From: Planctomycetota bacterium
GTDB lineage: Bacteria; Planctomycetota; GCA-002687715; CAIWVZ01
DNA: 64,000 bases
NCBI GenBank assembly: GCA_044222185.1
Contig: JBGANV010000008.1
Coordinates: forward strand, 128,001 to 192,000
Direction of reading: 5' to 3'
The notes below the pieces were generated by a model that was not told the DNA's origin, did not search any database, and was given only the letters and a program-made list of their open reading frames with translations. Position 1 is the first letter of the stretch. Every line of letters starts with the position of its first letter. Of the stretch, positions 50,754-61,900 are shown one piece after another. The position numbers and the translations under genes were made by a program.

Positions 50754-53700
50754 TCAGTCACCTTTGACCGCGACCCGTACGCCGTCGCACCACGACTTCG
50801 CCTCGTCGGAGTAGTAGAGGTAGGCGCGGGAGGCGGCGCCAACGTAGGTTCCAGCGACGGCAGCGACGAGATTCAAACGGATGTTGACCACCTCGGACGG
50901 CTTCAGGCATCGCTTGTAGAACACGACGTCGCCGTCGCGGACCTCGTAGAAATCGGCCAATCCTGCCTTCACGAGTTCCTTCAATTGATCATGCCGAGGC
51001 TCGAGGCCGCCGGGGATGCCGACGATCGCGACGGCCATGGGCTGCCCCTCGGCGGTCGCGTTCGAGAACGTGACTTCGAGGTCGGTCGTTTCGCCCTGGC
51101 GCACGCTCGGCGATGCGAGCTTCGTCGCCAGCTTCACCTTGCAGTCGCCGGCCGACGGCGGCTTCTGCGTGTGGTAGCGAACCGTGATCGCGTAGGGCAT
51201 CTCCGATCCGCCATCCATCGCCAGCTCGATGCGATGGTTGCCGGCCGTCAACGTGTTCGTGAACGCCGGCATCTCGAGCGCACCTTTGTCGTCCGTCGTG
51301 AACGGGACCGTGCCGATCGCCTTGCCGTCGACGAGGAGCGTCACCTTCCCCGGAGCCTTCGGGCGCGCATTCGCCGCGTCGTATCCGAGGATCGCCTTCA
51401 GCGCGAGGATCGTGCTCTGCGTCGCGCCGAAGCGACCCCCCTGGCACTGCTGGAACAGCCAGATTGCAGCACGATCGCACGAAGGCATGTGACCGCCCGC
51501 GCGCAACCACGCCATGATGGCGAGGGATGTGGTCTCGACCTCGAGGCTCGTTCCGCTCGACCGCGTGATGCTCGTCGTTGCGCCCCGCACGGCGCCGTCC
51601 GTCCCCTGCTTGCCGTTGAGCCTGTCGAGGATCGCAGGCGCCTGCGGGTGCTTGCCCAGGTACATCACGTTGGCTGCGAGGGCGAGGAAGTAGGCATCAT
51701 CCGACTCCTTCGCCCGCGCCGCGACCCACTCGATTTCCTTCTCGAGTCCACGCTCGCCGGCCTCCAGCAGCGCCCACACGATGTAGGCATTCGTGATGTC
51801 GTCGGGCGCACCACCGAACGAGTCGAGCGCCTGCGGATTCCGCGTGAAGCCACCCTTCCCATCGCGGCGATCGCGCAGCCAGGAGCGCGTGCGCTCCAGC
51901 ATCGAGCGGTCGACGCCGTAGACGCGGCTCATGTCGACGAACTCCATCACGCCATAAGCGGTCAACGCTTCGTGTCCCGGATTGCCGCCAAACCACTCGT
52001 AGCCTCTCTCCTTGCACTCATACCCGGTCAAGCGCTTGTATCCCGAGTCGAGGAGCTGTTTGGCGCGCGCGAGCGTAGCGCCGTCGTCGACGTGATGCGT
52101 CGACAGGTACTCCATGACCAGCACGTTGGGGTATGCCGTCGAGCTCGTCTGCTCGAAACAGCCACACGGCTCGGTGAGCAACCCCTTCAGCGCATCCGTC
52201 AGCGTCGCGAGAGGCGAAGGGTAGATCCGCGCCTCCGCCACAAGGCTCGACGCGTCGAGCTGGTCGGGAATCACCAGGTCATGCGCGATGCGCTGCGTCA
52301 ACCGGCCGCCGAACGCGACCATCACGGGGAAGCCCGCGGGCACCACGCGGATGCGGCGCTTCACCTCATCGGTGAGCACCCCGGACTGCGCACGCACGAC
52401 GACGTCGACCCACCCGTTGAGCTTCCCTGCCACGAGGGTGAGGCGGCCCCGAGCCGAACCATTCGCGGGGACCTGGATCTCCGGATCGTTCCCCTCCTTG
52501 GTGACCCCGGCACCGGCGTCGGCCGTCAACGTCGCCGCCATCGCCGCGTCCGTGGCGTTGTTGATCGCGACCGGTATCTCCAGCACGTCGCCCGCGGTCA
52601 CGACGAGCGGAAGCTTGGGTTCGACGAAGAACGGCTTGCGGGACTCGATGACGGCATCCGCCGATCCCAGCGCTCCGTCCTTGCCGACGGCGTCGGCCAT
52701 CACGCGGAAACTCGTGATGGAATCGGAGAGGTCGAACGAGACCGCGGCGCGCCCCGTCGCGTCCGTCGATACACCGCAGTTCCAGTAGAGCACTTCGGTG
52801 AAGTCAGTTCGTTCCGAGGTCCGCCGATCGGGACGGCTCGCGTGGGCGTATTCGCGAACGACCACGCGCTTCTTGAATTCACCGATGTCGAGGGCCCGCG
52901 CGCGGTCATCGTCGCCCAAGAGAGCATCCCGCGCTTCCCCCGCCGGGGCTTCGAACTTGGGCTCGTTCTTCGGAGCGGCGGCCTTTCCCGCCGGAGCCGC
53001 GCCGAGGCGTGCGGCCCCGTCACGCGGCCCCGCGCCCATCCGCAATTCCTCCACGACGGCATCGACCATGGCGGCGCCGGGACCGCCGCCACCCGCGAGC
53101 CTTCCGAACTTGGTCACTTCGGGTTCTTCGACGACCGCGAAGGCGCGGCGCGCCGCATCGCCGTGCCTGGCGACGAACGCGCCCACGTCGACCCACGCGA
53201 ATCGCCTCCAGCCCTGCGTGCCGAGCAGGAGGTCGATGGCGACGTCGGCCGCGGGCCCCGTCTCGAAGAACCGCTCCGAGTCCATGAGCTCCTTCACGTC
53301 GGAACCGATCAGGGCCTGCGCAGGCAGTCGCGGCGCTCGCTCACGACGCTCGATCTGGTTGAGCACGGCGTCATCCGTCACACGCAAGCCGACGAGAGCC
53401 GGAACGGGCTTGCCGTCCTGGTCCGTCGTCGTGACGTCGACCGTCACCTTCTGCCCAGGCACGCCGCGTGTCGTCGAGGGTTTGACGGCGACGATCACGG
53501 CACGCGCTGGCTTGCGATAGATCAGCCGCTCGGCGCGAGGCGTTCCCTTGGAGTCAAGTACCGTCACCCGGAGGATGCCGTCGAACTCGGGCGCGATCTC
53601 GATGTCGCGCGTGACGCTCGTGCCCGCTTGCGCGGCGGCCGACTCCCGCTTGATCTCCTTGGCGAATCGAGCGACGACGACGGACACGGACTCATCGGAG

Positions 53701-54788
53701 GTGGCGCCGATCGACAGGCGCAGCGGTTCCGTGGGGCCGATCACGCGCCGCGCCGCATGCAGCGTGAATCCGCGGGGCAGCACTTCGGGCAGTTCGATCA
53801 CCTGCGTGTTGCCCACGGGCTTGTCGATGGCAAGCCTGTAGCGCGTCCCGGCTGCAGGAACGAAGCCGAAGCGCCCCCTCCCCTCGTGTCCCACTTCGAA
53901 CGTGGCGACTTGCGACCCGCTCGGGTCGAGAACGCGGCCGGACAGATCAACGGGCTTGCCGCGGACGTCACGAGCCTCGAAGTAGACGTGGTTCTCCACG
54001 CCTGCGACGAGATCGCCGCCTTCCGGATGGATCGCCACGTCGACCTTGTTCAGGACGATCGGGATCGTCTTCGCTGCCGTCTCCTGAACGCCGCCATCCT
54101 CGATCACGCAGGCAAGCGAGCCGTCGCCCGTCTCGACTTTCGAGGGGAGGACGAACTCGACGTGCCCCCGGCCGAGCCCGTCGAGGCGCGTCTCGCTCCG
54201 GTGGATTTCCCCACCATCGACGCGGGCGACGATCGTGACCTTGGCACCGGCCGGGATTCCGCCCTGGGCGCGCGTGACCGTGAGCGACGCCGCGACCGTC
54301 TCGCCGGCGCCGTAGCCCTTTCGCTCGAACTCCAGATCCGTGCGGAGGCGGGGCACGCGGTACGCACGCACGTCGAACTTGAGCTCGGCCGGCGGACAGC
54401 CGATCGACGGAAACGACGCCACCGCGGTGTACTCACCCCCGGCGACACCCTCGGGGATGGTCCATTCTGCGCCACCGCACCCGTTGGAGATCGACGCGCC
54501 GAGCTGCGCCACCGGATCGCCCTTCGGAGACTTGATCACGAGGCGTGCGGGACGGACTCCGCTGACGGGCACGCGCGTCGATGCGTCGAGGTGGAATGCC
54601 GTGAGCCGCACCGTTTCGCCCACGCGGTAGATCGGTTTGTCGCTTTGGATGAACGTCCGCGCACCCGGCGATGCGCTCGGCGTCAGGTCGACATCGGGCG
54701 TCGGCATGAGCGAAACGGCGACGAGGGCGACGACGAACGCGAGGCGAGCGCCGAGAGGCCGGATTGCGGCGGAGACTTCGGGAACCAT
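50754..54788 (-). CDS. Alpha-2-macroglobulin family thioester protein
   Basis: SDKPIYRVGE (MG2), VTDDAV, RTDFTEVLYW, FDLSDSITSF, thioester PCGCFEQTSS, GYEWFG, ALTAYG, ASRAYLYY. Confidence 0.92.
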   Translation of the reverse strand: MVPEVSAAIRPLGARLAFVVALVAVSLMPTPDVDLTPSASPGARTFIQSDKPIYRVGETVRLTAFHLDASTRVPVSGVRPARLVIKSPKGDPVAQLGASISNGCGGAEWTIPEGVAGGEYTAVASFPSIGCPPAELKFDVRAYRVPRLRTDLEFERKGYGAGETVAASLTVTRAQGGIPAGAKVTIVARVDGGEIHRSETRLDGLGRGHVEFVLPSKVETGDGSLACVIEDGGVQETAAKTIPIVLNKVDVAIHPEGGDLVAGVENHVYFEARDVRGKPVDLSGRVLDPSGSQVATFEVGHEGRGRFGFVPAAGTRYRLAIDKPVGNTQVIELPEVLPRGFTLHAARRVIGPTEPLRLSIGATSDESVSVVVARFAKEIKRESAAAQAGTSVTRDIEIAPEFDGILRVTVLDSKGTPRAERLIYRKPARAVIVAVKPSTTRGVPGQKVTVDVTTTDQDGKPVPALVGLRVTDDAVLNQIERRERAPRLPAQALIGSDVKELMDSERFFETGPAADVAIDLLLGTQGWRRFAWVDVGAFVARHGDAARRAFAVVEEPEVTKFGRLAGGGGPGAAMVDAVVEELRMGAGPRDGAARLGAAPAGKAAAPKNEPKFEAPAGEARDALLGDDDRARALDIGEFKKRVVVREYAHASRPDRRTSERTDFTEVLYWNCGVSTDATGRAAVSFDLSDSITSFRVMADAVGKDGALGSADAVIESRKPFFVEPKLPLVVTAGDVLEIPVAINNATDAAMAATLTADAGAGVTKEGNDPEIQVPANGSARGRLTLVAGKLNGWVDVVVRAQSGVLTDEVKRRIRVVPAGFPVMVAFGGRLTQRIAHDLVIPDQLDASSLVAEARIYPSPLATLTDALKGLLTEPCGCFEQTSSTAYPNVLVMEYLSTHHVDDGATLARAKQLLDSGYKRLTGYECKERGYEWFGGNPGHEALTAYGVMEFVDMSRVYGVDRSMLERTRSWLRDRRDGKGGFTRNPQALDSFGGAPDDITNAYIVWALLEAGERGLEKEIEWVAARAKESDDAYFLALAANVMYLGKHPQAPAILDRLNGKQGTDGAVRGATTSITRSSGTSLEVETTSLAIMAWLRAGGHMPSCDRAAIWLFQQCQGGRFGATQSTILALKAILGYDAANARPKAPGKVTLLVDGKAIGTVPFTTDDKGALEMPAFTNTLTAGNHRIELAMDGGSEMPYAITVRYHTQKPPSAGDCKVKLATKLASPSVRQGETTDLEVTFSNATAEGQPMAVAIVGIPGGLEPRHDQLKELVKAGLADFYEVRDGDVVFYKRCLKPSEVVNIRLNLVAAVAGTYVGAASRAYLYYSDEAKSWCDGVRVAVKGD

Positions 54789-54954
54789 GTGGAACTCCGT
54801 TCCAGGTTGACTGCGGGCTGGCGGTCCGTGCACGCCCTCTGACGCGGCGCCGCGTCCGGAAGTTCCGCGGGGCCAACGCGGCCCGGATCGGGCGCCGATC
54901 GTCCCGTACTCGCATCTGCATCCCGCGCGGGTCCCTCAAAGGCGCGTTCGGCCC

Positions 54955-54960
54955 TATAAT
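54955..54960 (+). promoter_or_regulatory. Possible -10 box for the clostripain gene
   Basis: Perfect TATAAT in a very GC-rich intergenic region ~77 nt before ATG 55037; no clear -35. Confidence 0.35.
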
Positions 54961-55036
54961 GGCCGCCCTTTGGGTTCCGCCTCAGCCTCCCCCGAGGCGT
55001 GTTCTGTCCGACACGAGAGACTCTCGAGATTCCTCC

Positions 55037-58000
55037 ATGACCAAACCACTTCCGCGACTGCGTCTCGCAGCCCTGCTGTGCATGCTCGCCACGACCGTGT
55101 TCGCCCAGGGCACGGCGAGTCAGCCGACGACGTCGGGACCGAAGACGGACTCGCAGCCGACCGACAAACGCGCGTCGAAGGATGTGGACTTGCGGAAGGA
55201 GTGCGGTGTTCTCGGCGACGTCTTCCGCCATCGGACGGCGCTTCACTTCCTGCGAAACGACAAGGAGGCGCGGGACGCAATCCTGAAGACGATCGATCCC
55301 GAGTCGGCGAACTCGGTCCGCAGCTTCGTGGAGAAGGACGAGCGATTCACCGAGCTCGACTATCACTTCGTCGAGAAGATGCGGAACTGCGAGCAACGCA
55401 TCCTGAACCGTCTCCGCGCCGATCGCTTCCAGGGGCTGGCCGACTTCCTCGAGGCGGTGAAGGAGAAGGCCTACCCGCAATCGGTCCCCTTCGCCAACCT
55501 GGTCGAGACGGTCGAGCTCAATGCGCGGTGGGCGGCGCGCTCGGGGCGGCTCGACAAGGACGATGACACGCTGAAGGACAGCCTCAAGAAGCTCGCCTCC
55601 GAAGCGGTGCGCATCGAAGGCACGTCCGGTCATTCCATGGACGAGATCGCGAAACTGGCATGGAAGGAGACGAAGCCGGACGACTTCCCCGCGAGCTGGT
55701 TCGATCAGAGCTCGGAGATCGTGTCGTACGAATTCGGCGTGATCCCCGAGGCGAAGGACTTCCCCCAGTTGGATCTGGCGACGGCGACGCGCGAGCAGTT
55801 CCTGACGTTGCCCGGCGTCGACGACGACATGGCGGACGGGTTCATCAAGTATCGGAAGCGCAACGGCATCCAGGGACCCGAGGAGCTGCGCTTCGTCGAG
55901 CAGATTCCGGCGCACATGGCCGAACCACTGCAATCCCTCTGCAGCGTGAGCCGGAGCGAGGTTGCCAAGCGCCCGAAGAAGAAGTGGACCGTCATGGTCT
56001 ACCTCAATGCCGCCAACAACCTGGAGCCGTTCGGCATCGGCGACATGAACGAAATGGAGCGCGTGGGCTCGACGTCAGAAGTGAACGTGGTCGTCGAGTG
56101 CGCACGCTTCCGCGGCAAGCAGGCGCTGAAACCCAACTCCCAGTACCTCTCGAATCCGTACTCGGATTTCAGCGGCGCGTTCTACTTCGGTCTCGACAAC
56201 TCGCCGGGGACCCGCCGCTATTACATGCTGAAGGACGACGACAAGGTCCGCCTGCGCTCCGTCCTCGTGGAGAACATCGGTGAGACCGATGCCGGGCGCC
56301 CCGAGCCTCTCGCGAATTTCGGCAGATGGGCCGTGGAGAACTATCCGGCCGAGCACTATTGCCTCGTGATCTGGAACCACGGCGCCGGCTGGGCCGGTGT
56401 TTCCATGGACGAGAACACCCATCACGGCATGGATCTGCCGGAGGTGCGCAGTGCGCTGGAATCGATCACGGCGGCGCTCGACAAGCAGGGAAAGAAGAAG
56501 ATCGACATCGTCGACTTCGACGCCTGCCTCATGGCGACGGTCGAGGTGGCGTACGAGCTGCGCGACCACGCCGATTTCCTCGTCGCGTCGCAAGAGACGG
56601 AACCCGGCGACGGGATCCCGTACACGGACTCCCTCGGCTGGCTCGCGCGCTTCCCCGAGGCTCCGGCCGCGTCGTTCGCCAAGGCGCTCGTCGAGACCTA
56701 CGTGAAGTCGTACGCACCCGAGGGCTCGCAAGTCGGCAGCGGCGACTTCTGGTCCGGCGGCGAAACGAAGTCGGTGATCCGACTGTCGCGCGTCGCCGAG
56801 GTGCGAGACGCGATCGAGGCCGTGGGCAAGCTCCTCCAAAAGAAGAACGACCTTCTCGGCGACGTGGCGGACGACCTCGTGAAGGAGTCCCGCAAATACA
56901 TGGGTCGCCTCGTCGACATGCAGGACTTCCTGACGCGCGTCTCGAAACACGAGAAGAGTGACCAGGAGCTGAAGGCCGCGGTCGAGCGCGTCACCGACCT
57001 CATCGGTTACCCGAACGACGGCAAGGACAAGCTCGTGAACGAGGTGGTGATCACCCGACGCACGGCAGGCGCCGTCGTGTGGGGTTTCAACGGCTGGGCG
57101 ACCCCACCGCGCAGCCTCGCGCCGTTCGTCTCGGGCTCGCGTTACGCCAAAACGCCCCTCACGGGTCCTGATGAGAAGGGCAATTACACGGCGAACATCA
57201 AGTTCCCACCCATGCTCCGCAACACGAAGAGCGGCAAGATGGAGTTCGTGAAGGAGATCAATTACCGCTTCGAAGACGATGGCGAGAAACGCACGGTGAA
57301 AGACTTCGCGAACACGTTCTTCACGACGGATTTCCCGTCCGACAGCGCGGTCGTCGCCGAGGGACACAACATCGGCAACAACCGATCGCACGGGATCTCG
57401 CTCTACTTCCCCGCTTATCTCGGCTTCGACAAGAACTATCGGCGGCTCCAGTTCTCGCAGGACTCGGCCTGGGCAGCGTTGTGCGAGAAGTTCCCCATCA
57501 AGAAGATCGAGAAGCGGGCCCCCATCGCGCTGCTCGGACTGAATCACGTGACGAAGGCCGACCGCGAGACCTTCGGCGCGCTCGCCGTGCGCGAAGCCCT
57601 CGAGAAGAAGGTCCGCGCGCACGATTGGAACACGACGTACGTGTCCGATCTCGGCACGATGAAGCGGACGGCCGACGGCATCCGAGATCCCCGTCCCTAT
57701 GGCGAGGACTGGGCGGAGACGCTCGCGCATTACACGGACGGCACCGTGATCCTCGACAACCACAGCGGCGGCGAGCTTGGCGGCGGTGGAGCCGACATGT
57801 CGGAGATGTTCGCCATGATGATGGGCGGAGGTTCGGCGCCGCGGTTGCCCCGGGCCGTCGGCCCCGAGGGGCGCCAGGTGCTGCGCTATCTGCAGGCTGG
57901 CGGGCGGCTCCTCCTCGGCACGTCGGCTGCGACGCAGACCGTCTGGGACACACCGCTCTATCGCGACGCGCTGGGCCTCGAATACGTCCGCACCTGGAAC

Positions 58001-58405
58001 CGCGGATACGCCTTCAAGCTCGCGCGGCCGGCGACGGCGAAGCCAGACACGACTTTCGAAGTCGAGCCGGCCCGGAAGGGCGAGGCGGTCACGGTGTTCG
58101 CCGCGCGCGACGGCGTCGAAGGCATCGAGCCGTTCGCACTGCTGCCCGACGGCCAGATGATCGGCGCCAAGATCGCCCGCGTGGATTCGACCACGCGCAA
58201 GCCCTACCGCGCCGTGATCCTCGGCTTCTACCTCACCGACGTGAAGGGTGACGACAATCGCCGCGCGATCCTGAAGGAAGCCCTGGAGTTCCTAACGCCG
58301 TCGGCGGCTCCGGCACCGTCCCTCCCGATCGCCGCCGACTCACGACCGGCGCCGGCGGGCGAAGTCCTGATCGGCACGAAGTCGACGGGGACCGGCGGCG
58401 GCTGA
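55037..58405 (+). CDS. Secreted clostripain-family (C11) cysteine peptidase with helix-hairpin-helix domain
   Basis: Signal peptide; LDLATATREQFLTLPGV..FIKYR (ComEA-like HhH); KKWTVMVYLNAANNLE, WNHGAGW (His), DFDACLM (Cys), SQETEPG. Confidence 0.88.
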   Translation: MTKPLPRLRLAALLCMLATTVFAQGTASQPTTSGPKTDSQPTDKRASKDVDLRKECGVLGDVFRHRTALHFLRNDKEARDAILKTIDPESANSVRSFVEKDERFTELDYHFVEKMRNCEQRILNRLRADRFQGLADFLEAVKEKAYPQSVPFANLVETVELNARWAARSGRLDKDDDTLKDSLKKLASEAVRIEGTSGHSMDEIAKLAWKETKPDDFPASWFDQSSEIVSYEFGVIPEAKDFPQLDLATATREQFLTLPGVDDDMADGFIKYRKRNGIQGPEELRFVEQIPAHMAEPLQSLCSVSRSEVAKRPKKKWTVMVYLNAANNLEPFGIGDMNEMERVGSTSEVNVVVECARFRGKQALKPNSQYLSNPYSDFSGAFYFGLDNSPGTRRYYMLKDDDKVRLRSVLVENIGETDAGRPEPLANFGRWAVENYPAEHYCLVIWNHGAGWAGVSMDENTHHGMDLPEVRSALESITAALDKQGKKKIDIVDFDACLMATVEVAYELRDHADFLVASQETEPGDGIPYTDSLGWLARFPEAPAASFAKALVETYVKSYAPEGSQVGSGDFWSGGETKSVIRLSRVAEVRDAIEAVGKLLQKKNDLLGDVADDLVKESRKYMGRLVDMQDFLTRVSKHEKSDQELKAAVERVTDLIGYPNDGKDKLVNEVVITRRTAGAVVWGFNGWATPPRSLAPFVSGSRYAKTPLTGPDEKGNYTANIKFPPMLRNTKSGKMEFVKEINYRFEDDGEKRTVKDFANTFFTTDFPSDSAVVAEGHNIGNNRSHGISLYFPAYLGFDKNYRRLQFSQDSAWAALCEKFPIKKIEKRAPIALLGLNHVTKADRETFGALAVREALEKKVRAHDWNTTYVSDLGTMKRTADGIRDPRPYGEDWAETLAHYTDGTVILDNHSGGELGGGGADMSEMFAMMMGGGSAPRLPRAVGPEGRQVLRYLQAGGRLLLGTSAATQTVWDTPLYRDALGLEYVRTWNRGYAFKLARPATAKPDTTFEVEPARKGEAVTVFAARDGVEGIEPFALLPDGQMIGAKIARVDSTTRKPYRAVILGFYLTDVKGDDNRRAILKEALEFLTPSAAPAPSLPIAADSRPAPAGEVLIGTKSTGTGGG

Positions 58406-58979
58406 TTCCACGCAGGTCGCGCGAAGAAGCCCAGGACGGTCGAGGCCGTCGATGTCCGGAACCGCATGAACCCTCGCGGTTCCGGTACCTGGAGATCAAT
58501 CCACGCGACCACGACCGTCTCCTCGAAGCTCCGAACGACTCCGACGGCGGGACGAATGCGCGCGGAACGCGCTGATGCGACCCGAGCCCAGCGACCGCAA
58601 CTCGGAGCCGACGGCGCGACCGAAGACGGGTCAGGCGTCGTTACGGAACACCGTCGCGACCGAAGCGCGGGGACCTCGTCGACCGGCCCGTCGCGCCTCG
58701 CCCGACACGGCCGGTCGAAGCTCCGCAGGCCGCCGCGGTCGAGAGAGAATCAGGAGGAGCGACTGCATACGGGTCAGCACACGCGGCCCCGGGTCGCCAT
58801 GAGTCCGCCGTGTGCGCTCGGGACGCCGGAACTCATTCCCAAGGTCTTTGAGACACGCGCGCTCGCGCCCACCATCCGGAGGCGCGTGCACGACTGTCGG
58901 CTCCTCCGATTTGACGGGTGGGCCGCGGTGGCCCGCCCGGCTCCGATCCGGTGGCAATCCGGCTCCGTCGGGCAGCCGC

Positions 58980-61900
58980 TCAAATTCCCGTGCGGTAGCG
59001 CGGCCACGTGAACCGGAAACCCACGGGGCTCGCGGGATCCAGGTAATAAGCCTGCATCGTGAACATCAGGTTCGCCGCTGGGTTCGGCGCCAGGATCCCG
59101 TTGACCTCGAAATGGCCTCCCGGCGCCGTCCTTGCACCCGACCCGAACACTGCGAAGGGCTGCGCTGGACCATGTACGCCGAGACCGTCAAACACCACGA
59201 CTTCAGTCGGGCTCGAGAGTCCATAGACCATGTTGTAGGCCGCACTCGGCCAGGGAACGACCTCGAGCGGGTTGAGGAGGTCGAGTTCCAGCGTGAACGC
59301 CTGGTTCGGCGCACAGCCCTCGAGAACGATGTCGAAGGGCGCGCCCGGCACGAGCGGATCGGCGAGCGGATGGTGGCCGATCGTCCCGAGGTTGTTTGCG
59401 GTCGCGCCGAGGCCGACACGCAGCGCGAGCGCATTGGAGACGTTTCCGTTGCAGTACTTGATCGCAATCGCGAGGCCTCCGTGGTGCTGGGCGAGGAGGA
59501 ATCCGCTTGGAATCGTTGCGACGAAGTGCGGCAGCGGAAAGCTGGCCAACTGCGTGTTGAGCGCGACTCCGTCGGCATGAACCTGCCATCCAAGGAGGTT
59601 CGGGCTGCCCTGGAGCGATTGCGCGGACACGAGCACGGCGACATTGACCGACGGCGACAGCGCGGTCATCAGCGGAATCGAGCCGGGAGAAAGCCCAGTG
59701 AGCTCGACCCCGTGAACCGTGAAAGTGGCGGGTGCCGTTGCGCCACCGTAACCCGGCGGGTTCACAACGGTCACGGAGTGCGATCCGAGAGTCAGCCCCA
59801 TGGTCTCGAGGCCCGACGCCGTCAGCTCCGTCGAGCTCACGAACGCTGTCGTCGGGACGACGACGCCGTCGATTGCGACGGTGCTCGTCGGCAGGAAGTC
59901 GACGCCGGTCACAGTCAGTGGCGATAGGGGACCACAGATATGACGGCTCGAGGGCGACAACGCGCTGATGGAGGGATTCGGCTGAACGACGCTGAATGGC
60001 AGTGAGGAGGACGTGCCTCCGCCAGGCCCGAAGTTGACGACCGTGATCTGTCGAGTCTGAGGTGTCGACGTCATGGCAGACGTGATCGTCGCCGTGAGCC
60101 GAGTGTCGGAGACGAACGCCGTCGAGAGGCTGACGCCCTGACGCCTCACGACCGACGTGGCGACGAAGTTGGTCCCGTCGACGGTCAGCGTGACTGGACC
60201 GACGCCCGCAAGCACGGACGTGGGTGCGATGCTCACCAACGTCGGTACCGGATTCGTGATCGTGAACGTGACGCTGTTGCTGGTCCCGCCGGCGGGAAGG
60301 GGGTTGAAAACCGTCACCGACGCGGTCCCCGCCTGCGCGACATGCGTGGATCCAACGCTGATCGTGAGTGTCGTCGAGTCGACGTAGGTGGTCGGTCCGA
60401 TCTGAGCTCCGTTCCATCTCACGCGACTGGATGTGTTGAATCCCGTCCCCGTCACGGTGAGGGTGAACGTGGGGCTTCCAGCCAGCTGCGATGAGGGCGA
60501 GATAGACGTGATCATCGGCACCGGATTGGGCGTGAGTGACACCAAACTCGTGATGCTGCCGAATGGGGTTCCCACGCCGCCGTCTTCCTGTTGAGTGACG
60601 ACGATCGCGTGCCAGCCAGGCTGGAGCGCCATGCCCGTAACCTGGGTTCCCGTGACCGCGCGATCGCTGATGAGGGCCGCCGACGCGCCGCGCCAGCCAC
60701 TGTTGGGTGCCGGTCCAAAGAGGTGCCAGGAGAGCATGCTGGAAACACCAGTGACGCTGATGCTGTAGTTCGCGGCCGCCGGGACGTTGAATTCCTGAAC
60801 TCGGATCGCGCGATTCAGGCCCCAGGCCACTGTGAGCGGCGTGCCCACCGTGAGCGTCGTGACTCCCGCATGCTCGACCTTGCCCGGCCATCCCAGAAGA
60901 CAGGGCTCCGCGCACCAGCCGGTGACGGGACTCACGCTCCCAGTTGACCCGTCCGCGATGAGAAACTCGGGCCACGCCGCTGCCACGTCTTCGCTCAGCA
61001 CGCCGGCCATCGCCACTGAGCAGTTGCCGAGGCTCGAAACGCCGACGACTTCGAAGTGAGACCCGCCCGGCGCGATCGTGATGATCGAGGACGTTCCGAT
61101 GTTCGAGCGCGGCGCGCCGCTCGTCAGCGCGAGCGAACCCGTCGCCGAACTCGTCCCGGAAAGCCCTGCGAATCCAAAGGCGTAATCGACCGCCGGCATG
61201 GCCGGACCCGGTGTGCTCCTGACGATCGCAAGCGCGTGCCAGCCGGCGGCCAGCGTAATGGGCCACGTTTGGCCGGTCGATGTGAAGCCGGATGCGACTG
61301 GTGTTGGAGTCGACCACGATTCGGGGCCAGCATCCGGGTCGTAGATCGCCCAGTACAGCCCGCCCGATGCAGAGAGAAGGAAGTCGGTCCCGAAGTTGAC
61401 GAACCCGCCCCCGGCCCCCGGCACGTCGAACTCGTAGAGGTCGAGTTGACGATTGGCGTCGAGCGTTGCGGACACGCGAGACATGCATGTGATCGGCGTC
61501 GCCACACGATGTTCGAGAACCCGGATTCCCGAAACAGGGAAGCAGGACTGCGCGTGGACGACTCCCGTCGTATTTCCGAGTGGATGGTTGCGGCCGTCCG
61601 CGAGGACGATGTCGACGGGGCTTTGCCACGCGGCTGCGCCACCGAGGAAGAAGCCGGCGCAGTCCGTCGAGGCGACGCCATTCCACACGCCTGCGCTCGG
61701 TTGCACCGTGAACTGCGTGAAGGGAACGCCACTGACCTGATACGGAACGTTCGGGGACAACGTCACGTTCGGTGGTGCCGAGGCGAGGAGAGCGCCGAAC
61801 CTGAACGTCTGCGCTGTAAAGGACGACGAGGTGCGAAATATGGCGAACACGTAGGTGCCCGCGGTCGAGATCGCGAGTGACGCGGCGGTCTGGCTCAGGT

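Noticed and set aside
50670-54842. 1390-aa + strand ORF and other long antisense ORFs (496-1929, 26935-29421, 32625-34886, 47725-49860, 59203-62274)
   Set aside because: These are antisense or alternate-frame shadows of motif-bearing genes; Arg/Ala-rich with no motifs, as expected in high-GC DNA.
58406-58979. Short ORFs in the gap between the convergent clostripain and IPT/TIG genes
   Set aside because: No RBS, codon bias or motif support in any frame.
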